Part shown: one piece after another, positions 1 through 8,305 of the stretch
Layout of the letters: every line of letters begins with the position of its first letter
How positions within the stretch are numbered: position 1 is the first letter of the stretch
NCBI GenBank assembly: GCA_021824065.1
Contig: JAKALU010000002.1
Coordinates: 11,243 to 75,242, forward strand
Direction of reading: 5' to 3'
Origin: Nitrospirota bacterium
GTDB lineage: Bacteria > Nitrospirota > Thermodesulfovibrionia > Thermodesulfovibrionales > UBA1546
DNA length: 64,000 nt
Position numbers and translations under genes: made by a program
Notes under the pieces: generated by a model
Told to the model about the DNA's origin: nothing
What the model saw: only the letters and a program-made list of their open reading frames with translations
The model's database searches: none

Positions 1-996
1 AATTCCGTCATGACATTCAGAACAGACTCGCCACTTTTGCCGAGTTACTGGATTACAGAGGCAATTCTGCCAATGTTTAAAAATAATGGGCCGGATCTTT
101 TTTATTCGTTTGTCCTTTTAAGCAACGGTGCATTCTTTCTTCTCCTGTCAGCAATTATAGGTCAGTGGTTTTACAGGGGAAATATTGAAAGGATTCAGCC
201 TTCAGGGAAAATCATAGGCAGAGGATTCCTTAAATATTTTTACCCAAACAAAAATATGGCAATTATCTATAAGGACATAAAGATGTTCTTCAGGGATACC
301 GGACAGTGGTCGCAGATATTCATAATCGGTGCGCTCATTATGGTGTACATATATAATTTTAAATCCATCCCGGTAGATGCAATCTCAGGGTTATCACCTT
401 TTATCAAAGAGCTCATGGTATTAGTCAATATGGTTATGGCTGGACTTGTGCTTTCTGCTGTAGCAGCGAGGTTTCTTTATACATCTGTGAGTCTCGAGGG
501 GCAGGCATTCTGGGTTATAAGAACTACTCCGGTTGATATAGCACGATTTTTGAGGTCGAAGTTTTTATATGCCAGCATACCGGTGACATTGCTTATAGTG
601 TTTCTCGTTTTTGTGACTAATTTAGCAATGGATATTAAAGGCATGTTAATGTCAGTATCCATAGCAACAGTCTTAATGCTGTGCATTTCGGTGAGCGGGC
701 TCGGGACAGGTTTTGGTGCGATATATCCAAAATTCAAATACGAAAACATAGCCTCTGTTTCGATGAGCATCGGCGGCATGGTCTTTATGTTAATCGCCTT
801 CAGTGTTGTGATTGTTACTTTATCCCTTGAGGCATGGATTTTTTATCTTTATAATCTCATGACTGAACTGACTATCTTCGAGAAAATACAGATTGCTGTA
901 TCTCTTATTCTGATACTTCTGGTAAACGCAGCTGCCTTTTATTTACCCATGAAAATCGGGAGGAAGAAACTTCAGGGTCATATAGAAATTATATAG
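1..996 (+). CDS. polytopic inner-membrane protein, 5' end cut by window edge (exporter-permease-like); function unassigned
   Basis: Frame is open from nt 1; 328 aa listed ORF with about 8 hydrophobic helices; no catalytic motif recognised. Confidence 0.45.
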   Translation, partial: NSVMTFRTDSPLLPSYWITEAILPMFKNNGPDLFYSFVLLSNGAFFLLLSAIIGQWFYRGNIERIQPSGKIIGRGFLKYFYPNKNMAIIYKDIKMFFRDTGQWSQIFIIGALIMVYIYNFKSIPVDAISGLSPFIKELMVLVNMVMAGLVLSAVAARFLYTSVSLEGQAFWVIRTTPVDIARFLRSKFLYASIPVTLLIVFLVFVTNLAMDIKGMLMSVSIATVLMLCISVSGLGTGFGAIYPKFKYENIASVSMSIGGMVFMLIAFSVVIVTLSLEAWIFYLYNLMTELTIFEKIQIAVSLILILLVNAAAFYLPMKIGRKKLQGHIEII

Positions 997-1001
997 GATA
1001 A

Positions 1002-1547
1002 TTATAGCTTCAGCTTTTCAAATTCTCTTTTGAAATGCTCCATTGTATTGTCGTCGTAAACGCAGAACTCAACGATTTCGAGGGAACTTTTCTGATTTTT
1101 CTTCAGGTAATTAGCTGATTCGTTAACAAGAATCTTTGCGCACCTGTCCTTTGGAAAACCGAATATCCCTGAACTTATTGCAGGCATGGATATGCTCTTT
1201 AGTCTTTTTTCTGACGCAAGCTGAAGGGTGCCGTTCACTGCATTTTTAAGTTTATTATCTTCATCGCCTTCGCCCATTCTCGGTCCCACAGCATGTATTA
1301 CAAATCTTGCCGGGAGCTTGCCTGCAGTTGTAATTACTGCTGTTCCAACAGGGGTGAATCCAATCTTGTCGCTTTCATCCTGAATAACCTGCCCGCCTTT
1401 TTTTACGATTGCGCCTGCAACACCGCCGCCATGCTGCAGATGGGAATTTGCTGCATTCACAACCGCATCAACATCCCTTTCAGTGATATCGCCCTGTACG
1501 AGTCTTAATGTTTTCCCGGAGATTTTATGTTCAGTTATTAACTTCAT
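1002..1547 (-). CDS. Macro domain protein (ADP-ribose binding / O-acetyl-ADP-ribose deacetylase type)
   Basis: LVQGDITE..VDAVVNAANS.L.HGGGVAGAI and SISMPAISSGIFGFP motifs typical of macro domains; SD gaggagg upstream. Confidence 0.85.
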   Translation of the reverse strand: MKLITEHKISGKTLRLVQGDITERDVDAVVNAANSHLQHGGGVAGAIVKKGGQVIQDESDKIGFTPVGTAVITTAGKLPARFVIHAVGPRMGEGDEDNKLKNAVNGTLQLASEKRLKSISMPAISSGIFGFPKDRCAKILVNESANYLKKNQKSSLEIVEFCVYDDNTMEHFKREFEKLKL

Positions 1548-1608
1548 CCAAAGAACCTCCTCGCAATGATATTAACGTTCAATGGGTATATTATATAAAA
1601 CTTTATGG

Positions 1609-1614
1609 TATAAT
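1609..1614 (+). promoter_or_regulatory. extended -10 box (TGgTATAAT) 5 nt upstream of the nfeD ATG; candidate leaderless promoter
   Basis: tatggtataatttaacATG; no Shine-Dalgarno between box and ATG. Confidence 0.35.
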
Positions 1615-1619
1615 TTAAC

Positions 1620-2915
1620 ATGCTTAAGAAAGTATTTTTCCTCTTTGTTTTTTTATCATTTTTTATACCTGCATCCAGCTTTTCGGAAGAACAAAAAAAG
1701 AATGTAACCGTTATTACAGTCAGTGGTGTAATAAATCCTGTCTCTGCCGAATATATTGGCAAAGGTATAAAAAAGGCAAACGAGCAAAAACCTGAGGCTC
1801 TCGTGATTGAACTCGATACGCCCGGCGGGCTTGATACGTCAATGAGAAGCATAGTCAAAGATATCATCGGCAGTGAAGTGCCTGTTGTCGTTTATGTTTC
1901 TCCAAGCGGGGCAAGGGCAGCATCAGCAGGTGTGTTTATAACGCTCGCAGCCCACATTGCAGCTATGGCTCCTGGCACAAATATCGGCGCAGCACATCCT
2001 GTTGGAGTAGGAGAAAAGATGGATAAGACAATGGCTGAAAAGGCAACGAATGATGCTGCTGCCTATATAAAGTCGCTTGCAGAGAGAATGGGCAGAAACT
2101 CAAAATGGGCTGAAGATGCTGTAAGAAAAAGCATATCTGCAACAGAGAGCGAGGCATTAAAACAAAATATCATAGACCTTGTGAGCAAAGACCTCAATAC
2201 ACTTCTTTCAAGTATAGATGGCAAGAAGGTCAGGACTGTGATGGGAGAGAAGACTCTCAGGACTGCAAATGCAAATGTCATCAGAGAGGAGATGAGTTTA
2301 AGGCATAAGATTCTTAACTTTATTACTGACCCGAATGTGGCCTACATGCTCATGCTCCTTGGGTTTTACGGCTTATTCTTTGAACTCACAAATCCCGGCG
2401 CAATATTTCCTGGCGTAGTGGGAGGGATATGCCTCATACTTGCATTTTATGCATTCCAGACTTTGCCTGTAAACTATGCAGGATTGCTCCTGATAATACT
2501 TGCTATTATACTTTTTATACTCGAGATAAAAATAGTCTCGCATGGGGTGTTGACGATAGGCGGCATAATAGCAATGGTAATAGGCTCTTTGATGTTATTT
2601 GAATCCCCGGGTCCTTTTATGAAATTATCGCTTCTTCTAATCCTTCCCGCTGTGATCATAACAGCGCTTTTTTTTACCATTGTGCTTGGCCTTGCGTACA
2701 GAGCGTATAAGAGAAAACCTGTAACCGGGGCTGAAGGGCTTATCGGGCTGGAAGGGGTTGCAAATACAGAGATAACAAAAGACGGAGGTATGGTATTATT
2801 ACATGGGGAGATTTGGTCTGCATATTCTGATGAAGCTATATCAAAAGGTGAAAAAGTAGTTGTTAAGGCTATATCAGGTCTGAAAATTAAGGTCAAAAGA
2901 AGGGTCAGTGATTAG
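1620..2915 (+). CDS. NfeD-family membrane-bound ClpP-class serine protease
   Basis: Signal peptide, ClpP-like N domain (VIELDTPGG, ARAASAG), central TM block, C-terminal OB-like NfeD domain; followed by stomatin gene as in known NfeD-SPFH operons. Confidence 0.85.
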   Translation: MLKKVFFLFVFLSFFIPASSFSEEQKKNVTVITVSGVINPVSAEYIGKGIKKANEQKPEALVIELDTPGGLDTSMRSIVKDIIGSEVPVVVYVSPSGARAASAGVFITLAAHIAAMAPGTNIGAAHPVGVGEKMDKTMAEKATNDAAAYIKSLAERMGRNSKWAEDAVRKSISATESEALKQNIIDLVSKDLNTLLSSIDGKKVRTVMGEKTLRTANANVIREEMSLRHKILNFITDPNVAYMLMLLGFYGLFFELTNPGAIFPGVVGGICLILAFYAFQTLPVNYAGLLLIILAIILFILEIKIVSHGVLTIGGIIAMVIGSLMLFESPGPFMKLSLLLILPAVIITALFFTIVLGLAYRAYKRKPVTGAEGLIGLEGVANTEITKDGGMVLLHGEIWSAYSDEAISKGEKVVVKAISGLKIKVKRRVSD

Positions 2916-2967
2916 TGTCTGTGACTGACACCGATAACCGACGCTAAAACTAAAAAAGGAGGTCAGT

Positions 2968-3738
2968 ATGGGAATACCGCCGGCAGTTATGGGATTTTTG
3001 TTTGTAGTATTTCTTGTTATTTATTTCCTTTCAAGCGCAATAAAGATATTAAGGGAATACGAAAGGGGTGTAGTATTCAGACTTGGAAGGGTAATACCAG
3101 TAAAAGGACCCGGTCTTGTAATTATAATCCCTGTGATTGACAAGCTTGTCAGGGTGAGTCTCAGGACGGTTACCTTTGATGTCCCACCTCAGGATGTAAT
3201 TACGAGAGATAACATCTCGGTTAAGGTAAATGCTGTTGTATACTTCAGGGTTATGGACCCTGTAAAGGCGATAACAGCTGTGGAGGACTTTTATTACGCA
3301 ACATCACAGATATCCCAGACGACCCTGAGGAGCATTCTCGGTCAGAGCCAGCTTGATGACCTCTTGTCAAAAAGAGAGGATATAAATGCAGAACTTCAGA
3401 AGGTCATTGATTTCCAGACAGAGCCGTGGGGAATAAAGGTTACGGCTGTGGAGGTTAAAAATGTTGACCTGCCGGCAGAGATGCAAAGGGCGATAGCAAA
3501 ACAGGCAGAGGCAGAGCGTGAGAGAAGGGCAAAGATTATTCACGCAGAGGGAGAGTTCCAGGCATCGCAGAAGCTTGCGGATGCAGCAAAGATTATAGCA
3601 ACAGAAACCGGGGCGCTGCAGCTCAGATTTCTCCAGACCCTTACAGAGATTGCAACAGAGAAAAACTCAACAATAATATTCCCTGTGCCGATAGACTTGA
3701 TAAAACCGTTCCTTGAGAGAATGGAAAAACCAAAATAG
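2968..3738 (+). CDS. SPFH/Band 7 stomatin-like protein (slipin)
   Basis: N-terminal TM then [12 protein letters not shown]...[30 protein letters not shown]; strong SD aaaggagg. Confidence 0.9.
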   Translation: MGIPPAVMGFLFVVFLVIYFLSSAIKILREYERGVVFRLGRVIPVKGPGLVIIIPVIDKLVRVSLRTVTFDVPPQDVITRDNISVKVNAVVYFRVMDPVKAITAVEDFYYATSQISQTTLRSILGQSQLDDLLSKREDINAELQKVIDFQTEPWGIKVTAVEVKNVDLPAEMQRAIAKQAEAERERRAKIIHAEGEFQASQKLADAAKIIATETGALQLRFLQTLTEIATEKNSTIIFPVPIDLIKPFLERMEKPK

Positions 3739-3759
3739 GGTCTATGACCATGAAGATTT

Positions 3760-4489
3760 ATGACCCGTAGGGAGTTCAGTAATAGCAACTTTTAAAAATA
3801 AGATATGGCTTAGGCTCTTCCTGCTTCTATTAATTATTGGAGGTTCTACATTAGTCCTGTATAAAACAGGACTAATTTCTTTTTTTCTGCATAAGGAAAA
3901 GATAATAGATTTCCTCAATCTCCTCGGCCCGCTCTCTTTTATAGGCTTTATCATCCTTCAGACGGTGCAGGTTATTGTCTCTCCAATCCCAGGAGAAGTT
4001 ACAGGGTTCATTGGAGGGTATGTATATGGCATATTCCTCGGCATAATTCTTTCCACTATAGGCCTGACCATTGGCTCATGGATAGCCTTCAGCCTTTCAA
4101 AATTCTTTGGGAGACCATTTGTTGATAAGTTTGTAAAAAAAGAGACAATGGGAAGATATGATTATCTTCTGCATCACAAAGGTGCCTTCCTCGTGTTTTT
4201 GTTATTTCTGATTCCCGGCTTTCCAAAGGATTCTCTCTGCTATATCCTCGGTTTGGGACATATAACCACAAAGGAATTCCTCATTATAAGCACTGTTGGA
4301 AGGTTTGGAGGTACAGTTTTGCTGACGTTGGGAGGAAGTTATATCCACCACCATCAGTATTACAGGTTTTCAGTGCTTTTAGGAGTTGCTATCGTTGCTG
4401 TTTTTTTAGCAATGGTCTATAGAGATAAACTCGAACATATCTTTCACAAACTGCATCACCGTCATACTGCTGAGAAAGATAAAAAGTAA
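3760..4489 (+). CDS. TVP38/TMEM64 (DedA-related) membrane protein; N-terminal 70 aa only reachable via a +1 frame change at 3790-3794
   Basis: Listed ORF 3965-4489 starts at GTG inside the conserved SPIPGEVTGFIGGYVYG motif; same frame is open back to 3764 and encodes a TM helix but has no start codon; ATG at 3760 in frame +1 ends at TAA 3793. Confidence 0.6.
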
Positions 4490-4504
4490 TTCGTAAAATC
4501 CTAT

Positions 4505-5221
4505 TTACGAGTATAATGCTTTCATCTCATCTGTATACGTTCCGTCTTCTTTATATATATACAGCGGCTTTTCAATCTTCATCTCTGCCCTGCCATCCCT
4601 TACTGCCTCAACAAGCACTATCTTTGCCTCTGTTATGATATCTGAATGAACGAACCTTAACCTTTTGGGTTCTATCTGTTTTTTTCTTAATGTATCGATA
4701 AGTTCCACAAGTCTCGACGGGTGGTAGATTATGCAGAGCCTGCCTTTAGACCGCAGGAGATAATTAGAGGCATCTATCAGGTCTGTGAGCTTAAGTTTTA
4801 TTTCATGTCTTGCGATTGCCTTTTCATCTGTAGAGCTTATAAGCCCTGTTTTTTGCCGTCTGAACGGGGGGTTTGAAACCACTAAGTCAAAAGACTTAGC
4901 AGTTAGCGGTGAACAGGCATCTATATCCCTTATATTACATCCAATTACTCTAACTCTATCTACAAGAGAATTTAGTTTCACGTTTTTTTCGGCAAGTCTT
5001 GCAAGACTGTCCTGAAGCTCGATAAGTGCAACTGATGAATCACAATATTTTTTTGCAAGCAAAAGACCAATTATACCGGAGCCAGCGCCTAAATCAGCAA
5101 TCTTTTTTGCTCTCTGAAGATTTACGAATGAGTAAAGGAGCAGGGCGTCTACAGAAAATCTGTAACCTTTTTTATTTTGATACAGTCTTATATCACGTAT
5201 GCTGTCGAGTGTTAGGTCCAA
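4505..5221 (-). CDS. SAM-dependent methyltransferase, tRNA (adenine-N6) TrmN6/YfiC-like
   Basis: DLGAGSGIIGL SAM motif and VVSNPPF(R) N6-adenine methyltransferase motif. Confidence 0.7.
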   Translation of the reverse strand: MDLTLDSIRDIRLYQNKKGYRFSVDALLLYSFVNLQRAKKIADLGAGSGIIGLLLAKKYCDSSVALIELQDSLARLAEKNVKLNSLVDRVRVIGCNIRDIDACSPLTAKSFDLVVSNPPFRRQKTGLISSTDEKAIARHEIKLKLTDLIDASNYLLRSKGRLCIIYHPSRLVELIDTLRKKQIEPKRLRFVHSDIITEAKIVLVEAVRDGRAEMKIEKPLYIYKEDGTYTDEMKALYS

Positions 5222-5223
5222 TA

Positions 5224-5598
5224 TTAAAATACCTCGCCCATTCTATCGCGTATGAAGTCATGTACCTTTTCGAAGACCTTAAACCATAGTTCATCAGGTA
5301 TCTCTATAATCTCTGCCCCTACAATAAAATCCGATGCTGTGTCATCAGCAATGCAGTGTCTGACCCTTGCCTTGAATCCTATCTCTTTTGTAAATGAGGC
5401 GGGCACAGAAATTAAACACTCAAGGCTTGAATCGTAGTCTATACGAATCGGGCTTTTTAACTTTATGCCATGGCGGCTGAAGTCAAGCAGAACAGCCTGG
5501 ATAAAATTATTACTACTACCGTCTCTTATCTTAAATATGATATAGTTCCTGTAGATCTCAGGTACAGGATATCTTATTTCTTTTCTTCGGTCATACAT
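5224..5598 (-). CDS. PilZ domain protein (c-di-GMP receptor type)
   Basis: RRKEIRY (RxxxR) and DFSRHG (D/NxSxxG) PilZ signature; overlaps upstream HAD gene by 8 nt. Confidence 0.75.
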   Translation of the reverse strand: MYDRRKEIRYPVPEIYRNYIIFKIRDGSSNNFIQAVLLDFSRHGIKLKSPIRIDYDSSLECLISVPASFTKEIGFKARVRHCIADDTASDFIVGAEIIEIPDELWFKVFEKVHDFIRDRMGEVF

Positions 5599-6253
5599 GC
5601 TTTTTTTCTCCTATCAACGTCAGTAACTGATTTATATTATCGATAAGAAAGTCTGCATTCTTAAGCAATTCTTTGCTTCTGTAGCCATAAGTTACTGCCA
5701 CTGTACTTACCCCTGCCCCTTTGCCTGCCTGTATGTCAAAATCACTGTCACCTACAATAACCGCTTCATTAGGCTCTATTTTAAGTATTTCGAGTACTTT
5801 TTTAACAGGTGCAGAGGACGGTTTTTTCTCAGAAACACTATCACTGCCGAGCACAATATCAAAAAACCGCATAAGTCCGAGTTCCTCAAGCAGCTTTTTT
5901 GACAGATATTCCCTTTTATTTGATATTACTGCCTTTTTATATCTGCCGATTTTTTCAAGTGTTTCTCTTATTCCGGGATATGGTTCTGTAAAATCAGTAA
6001 GATGTTCAGAGTAGTATTTAATGAACCTGTCAAGGACGTCATCTTTTATAGCAGCATTATTTTCTCCGAGCATCTTCTCAACAAGCCTTGTAAGCCCTTC
6101 TCCCACCATCTTGATTGTATCTTCAATAGCAAGCGGTTCAAATCCATAGGGCTCTATTGCATGATTCAGGGCATTGGTTATATCTCTGCTTGAGTCAACG
6201 AGTGTGCCATCAAGGTCAAAAATAATAAGTTTCAGATGTTTAAAGCTTACCAT
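5591..6253 (-). CDS. HAD-superfamily phosphatase (phosphoglycolate phosphatase-like)
   Basis: IIFDLDGTLVDS motif I, SNK motif, GDSDFD motif IV. Confidence 0.75.
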   Translation of the reverse strand: MVSFKHLKLIIFDLDGTLVDSSRDITNALNHAIEPYGFEPLAIEDTIKMVGEGLTRLVEKMLGENNAAIKDDVLDRFIKYYSEHLTDFTEPYPGIRETLEKIGRYKKAVISNKREYLSKKLLEELGLMRFFDIVLGSDSVSEKKPSSAPVKKVLEILKIEPNEAVIVGDSDFDIQAGKGAGVSTVAVTYGYRSKELLKNADFLIDNINQLLTLIGEKKHV

Positions 6254-6393
6254 AAAGAAGCTCCTTCTAACTTGTTGATTAATTATAGCTGAATACTTTT
6301 AATGAATACTTTTAAATCTTGACAATATTTCAGATATATGGTATCAAATTAGGAGTCAGTTTTTCATTTTTTAAATTAAAGGAGGTGACTATA

Positions 6394-6570
6394 GTGAAGA
6401 GAGTAATAGCTTTAATTCTTTCATTACTGCTAATAGTAGCTTTTGCACTCACAACAGTGGGCTGCAAGAAGGCTGAGGAACCAAAACCAGCACCGGCTCC
6501 GGCTGAGGCTCCAGCACCGGCTCCAGCTCCAGCACCGGCTCCAGCACCAGCACCGGCTCCAGGCAAGTAA
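6394..6570 (+). CDS. small lipoprotein with Pro-Ala repeat tail
   Basis: GTG start 6 nt after SD aaaggagg; signal peptide ending in lipobox TVGC; C-terminal (PA)n tract encoded by 6484-6561. Confidence 0.6.
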   Translation: MKRVIALILSLLLIVAFALTTVGCKKAEEPKPAPAPAEAPAPAPAPAPAPAPAPAPGK

Positions 6571-6583
6571 ATTCATTATGACT

Positions 6584-6621
6584 CAGGGGTGGTTTTGCCA
6601 CCCCTGAAAAATTGCTTTTTT
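6584..6621 (+). terminator. stem-loop terminator candidate after the lipoprotein gene
   Basis: caggggtgg-ttttg-ccacccctg perfect 9-bp GC-rich stem followed by aaaaattgctttttt. Confidence 0.5.
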
Positions 6622-6680
6622 AGAAAAGAATTGATATAATAAATTCACTTAATACCAATATTTGATGTTTTTTTATATAA

Positions 6681-6709
6681 AGAGTGGGTTCACCCACTCT
6701 TTTGTTTTC
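6681..6709 (+). promoter_or_regulatory. intrinsic-terminator-like hairpin in the rimP-nusA leader (candidate attenuator)
   Basis: agagtggg-ttca-cccactct followed by tttgttttc, 8 nt before the rimP ATG; extended -10 ttgaTATAAT at 6631-6640 lies upstream. Confidence 0.45.
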
Positions 6710-6716
6710 TTGGAGT

Positions 6717-7184
6717 ATGGATATAAAACAATCAGTTGTTGAACAGACAGTTTTGAAGCTGGCAAGACAAGTTGCAGAAGAGCAGGGCATTGAGGTTGTT
6801 AGAGTAGACCTGCTCGGCGGGGGCAAGAGGGTGTTGTTAAGAATTACGATCGACAGAGACGGGGGGGTAACACTTGATGATTGTGAAAAATTTAGCAGGG
6901 GTTTTGAGTCGATAGCTGAAGCGGAAGACTTTATGCATGGACCGTATAATCTTGAGGTCTCGTCGCCGGGGCTTGATAGACCATTGACTACGCTGGCAGA
7001 TTTCGAAAGGAACATAGGGAAACTTGTAAGGGTTATCACAAAGGAGAAGATAGATAACCAGAATTTTTTTCTTGGCAGGGTAACCGGAGTGGCCGGGAAT
7101 CTAATAATTTTATCCATTGATAAAAAAGAGAGGGAAATTTCTTTTGAGAATGTATCAAAGGCGAGGCTGGAAATAGAAATATGA
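6717..7184 (+). CDS. rimP: ribosome maturation factor RimP
   Basis: GIEVVRVDLLG..LRITIDRDGGVTLDDCEKFSR..LEVSSPGLDRPL; precedes nusA; start moved to internal ATG because the longer ORF covers the leader hairpin. Confidence 0.85.
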   Translation: MDIKQSVVEQTVLKLARQVAEEQGIEVVRVDLLGGGKRVLLRITIDRDGGVTLDDCEKFSRGFESIAEAEDFMHGPYNLEVSSPGLDRPLTTLADFERNIGKLVRVITKEKIDNQNFFLGRVTGVAGNLIILSIDKKEREISFENVSKARLEIEI

Positions 7185-8305
7185 TGACAAAAGAACTCTG
7201 TTATGTAATAAATCAGATAAGCAGAGAAAAGGGCATAGGAAGAGAGGTTCTGCTCAGCGCACTCGAATCAGCCTTGCTCTCTGCCGCCCGGAAAAAATAT
7301 GGCGGCAGAACAAATGTCAATCTCAGGATAGATCCGAAAACATGCAATATTACTGTTTATGAGACAAAAACTATAGTGGAAAAAGTTGCGGATAAAGATA
7401 TGGAAATTTCTGTTGCGGATGCAAAGAAACTTTTTCCTGACAGAGTGGTTGGCGAAAGCATTGACATCCCTCTTGACCTTCACGATTTTGGAAGGATAGC
7501 TGCCCAGACAGCCAAACAGGTCATTTTTCAAAAGGTGCGGGAGGCAGAGCGCGATGTAATCTATAATGAATTCAAAGATAAAGTTGGGCAGATTGTAAGC
7601 GGTGTTGTAATGAGAAAAGAAAAAGGTATCTATTATATCAATATAGGCAAGACAGAGGCTGTTCTTCCACAAAAGGAAACCTTGATGGGAGAAAGTCTGA
7701 AAAGGGGAGATACCGTCAGGGCATATATAGAGGATGTAAGAGTGACCTCAAAGGGTCCTATTATAATTGTTTCGAGGACGAATCCACAGTTTGTCGCCGG
7801 GCTCTTCAAGATGGAGGTCCCTGAGATAAGCGAAGGACTTGTGGTAATAAAGGATATAGTTCGTGAGCCAGGTGAAAGGACGAAGATCGCTGTCTATTCT
7901 ACAAATGCATCCATAGACCCTGTTGGTGCCTGCGTAGGCATGAAAGGCACAAGGGTTCAGTCCATTGTGCGAGAACTGCGAGGGGAACGGATAGATATAA
8001 TCCCGTGGACTGATGACCCTCGGATGCTCATTGCACGTGCATTAAGTCCTGCCAGCGTTGAGAGGATAGGCATAAACGAAGAGGGAAAGACAGCAATGGT
8101 GGTTGTCAATGACCAACAACTTTCGTTGGCTATAGGTAAAAAGGGACAGAATGTGAGGCTTGCAATGAAGCTTACCGGATGGGACATAGACATACTCAGT
8201 GACACAGAATATGCCAAGATTAAAATGGAAGAAGCGGATAAGGTATTAGAAGAGACGCTGAGCAAGGAAGCACAAAAGAAGAATAAACCATCTGTTGATG
8301 GGTAA
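7181..8305 (+). CDS. nusA: transcription termination/antitermination factor NusA (no AR1/AR2 extension)
   Basis: N-terminal domain, S1 and two KH domains recognisable (GACVGMKGTRVQSIVRELRGERIDII; AIGKKGQNVRLA). Confidence 0.95.
   Translation: MMTKELCYVINQISREKGIGREVLLSALESALLSAARKKYGGRTNVNLRIDPKTCNITVYETKTIVEKVADKDMEISVADAKKLFPDRVVGESIDIPLDLHDFGRIAAQTAKQVIFQKVREAERDVIYNEFKDKVGQIVSGVVMRKEKGIYYINIGKTEAVLPQKETLMGESLKRGDTVRAYIEDVRVTSKGPIIIVSRTNPQFVAGLFKMEVPEISEGLVVIKDIVREPGERTKIAVYSTNASIDPVGACVGMKGTRVQSIVRELRGERIDIIPWTDDPRMLIARALSPASVERIGINEEGKTAMVVVNDQQLSLAIGKKGQNVRLAMKLTGWDIDILSDTEYAKIKMEEADKVLEETLSKEAQKKNKPSVDG

Noticed and set aside
2904-2945. Short tcag/gaca-type low-complexity hairpin spacers (also 10412-10446 and 48791-48821)
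   Set aside because: They are real small inverted repeats at gene junctions, but they share no clear common sequence with each other or with families A and B. I treated them as ordinary intercistronic stem-loops.
6319-6393. Longer 83-aa version of the Pro-Ala lipoprotein ORF
   Set aside because: A strong SD (aaaggagg) sits 6 nt before the internal GTG at 6394, which gives a canonical signal peptide. The upstream extension adds a non-signal-like leader.
6620-7117. 165-aa minus-strand ORF
   Set aside because: It is antisense to rimP, which has clear family motifs. It is Ser/Thr/Leu-rich, as is typical of shadow ORFs.
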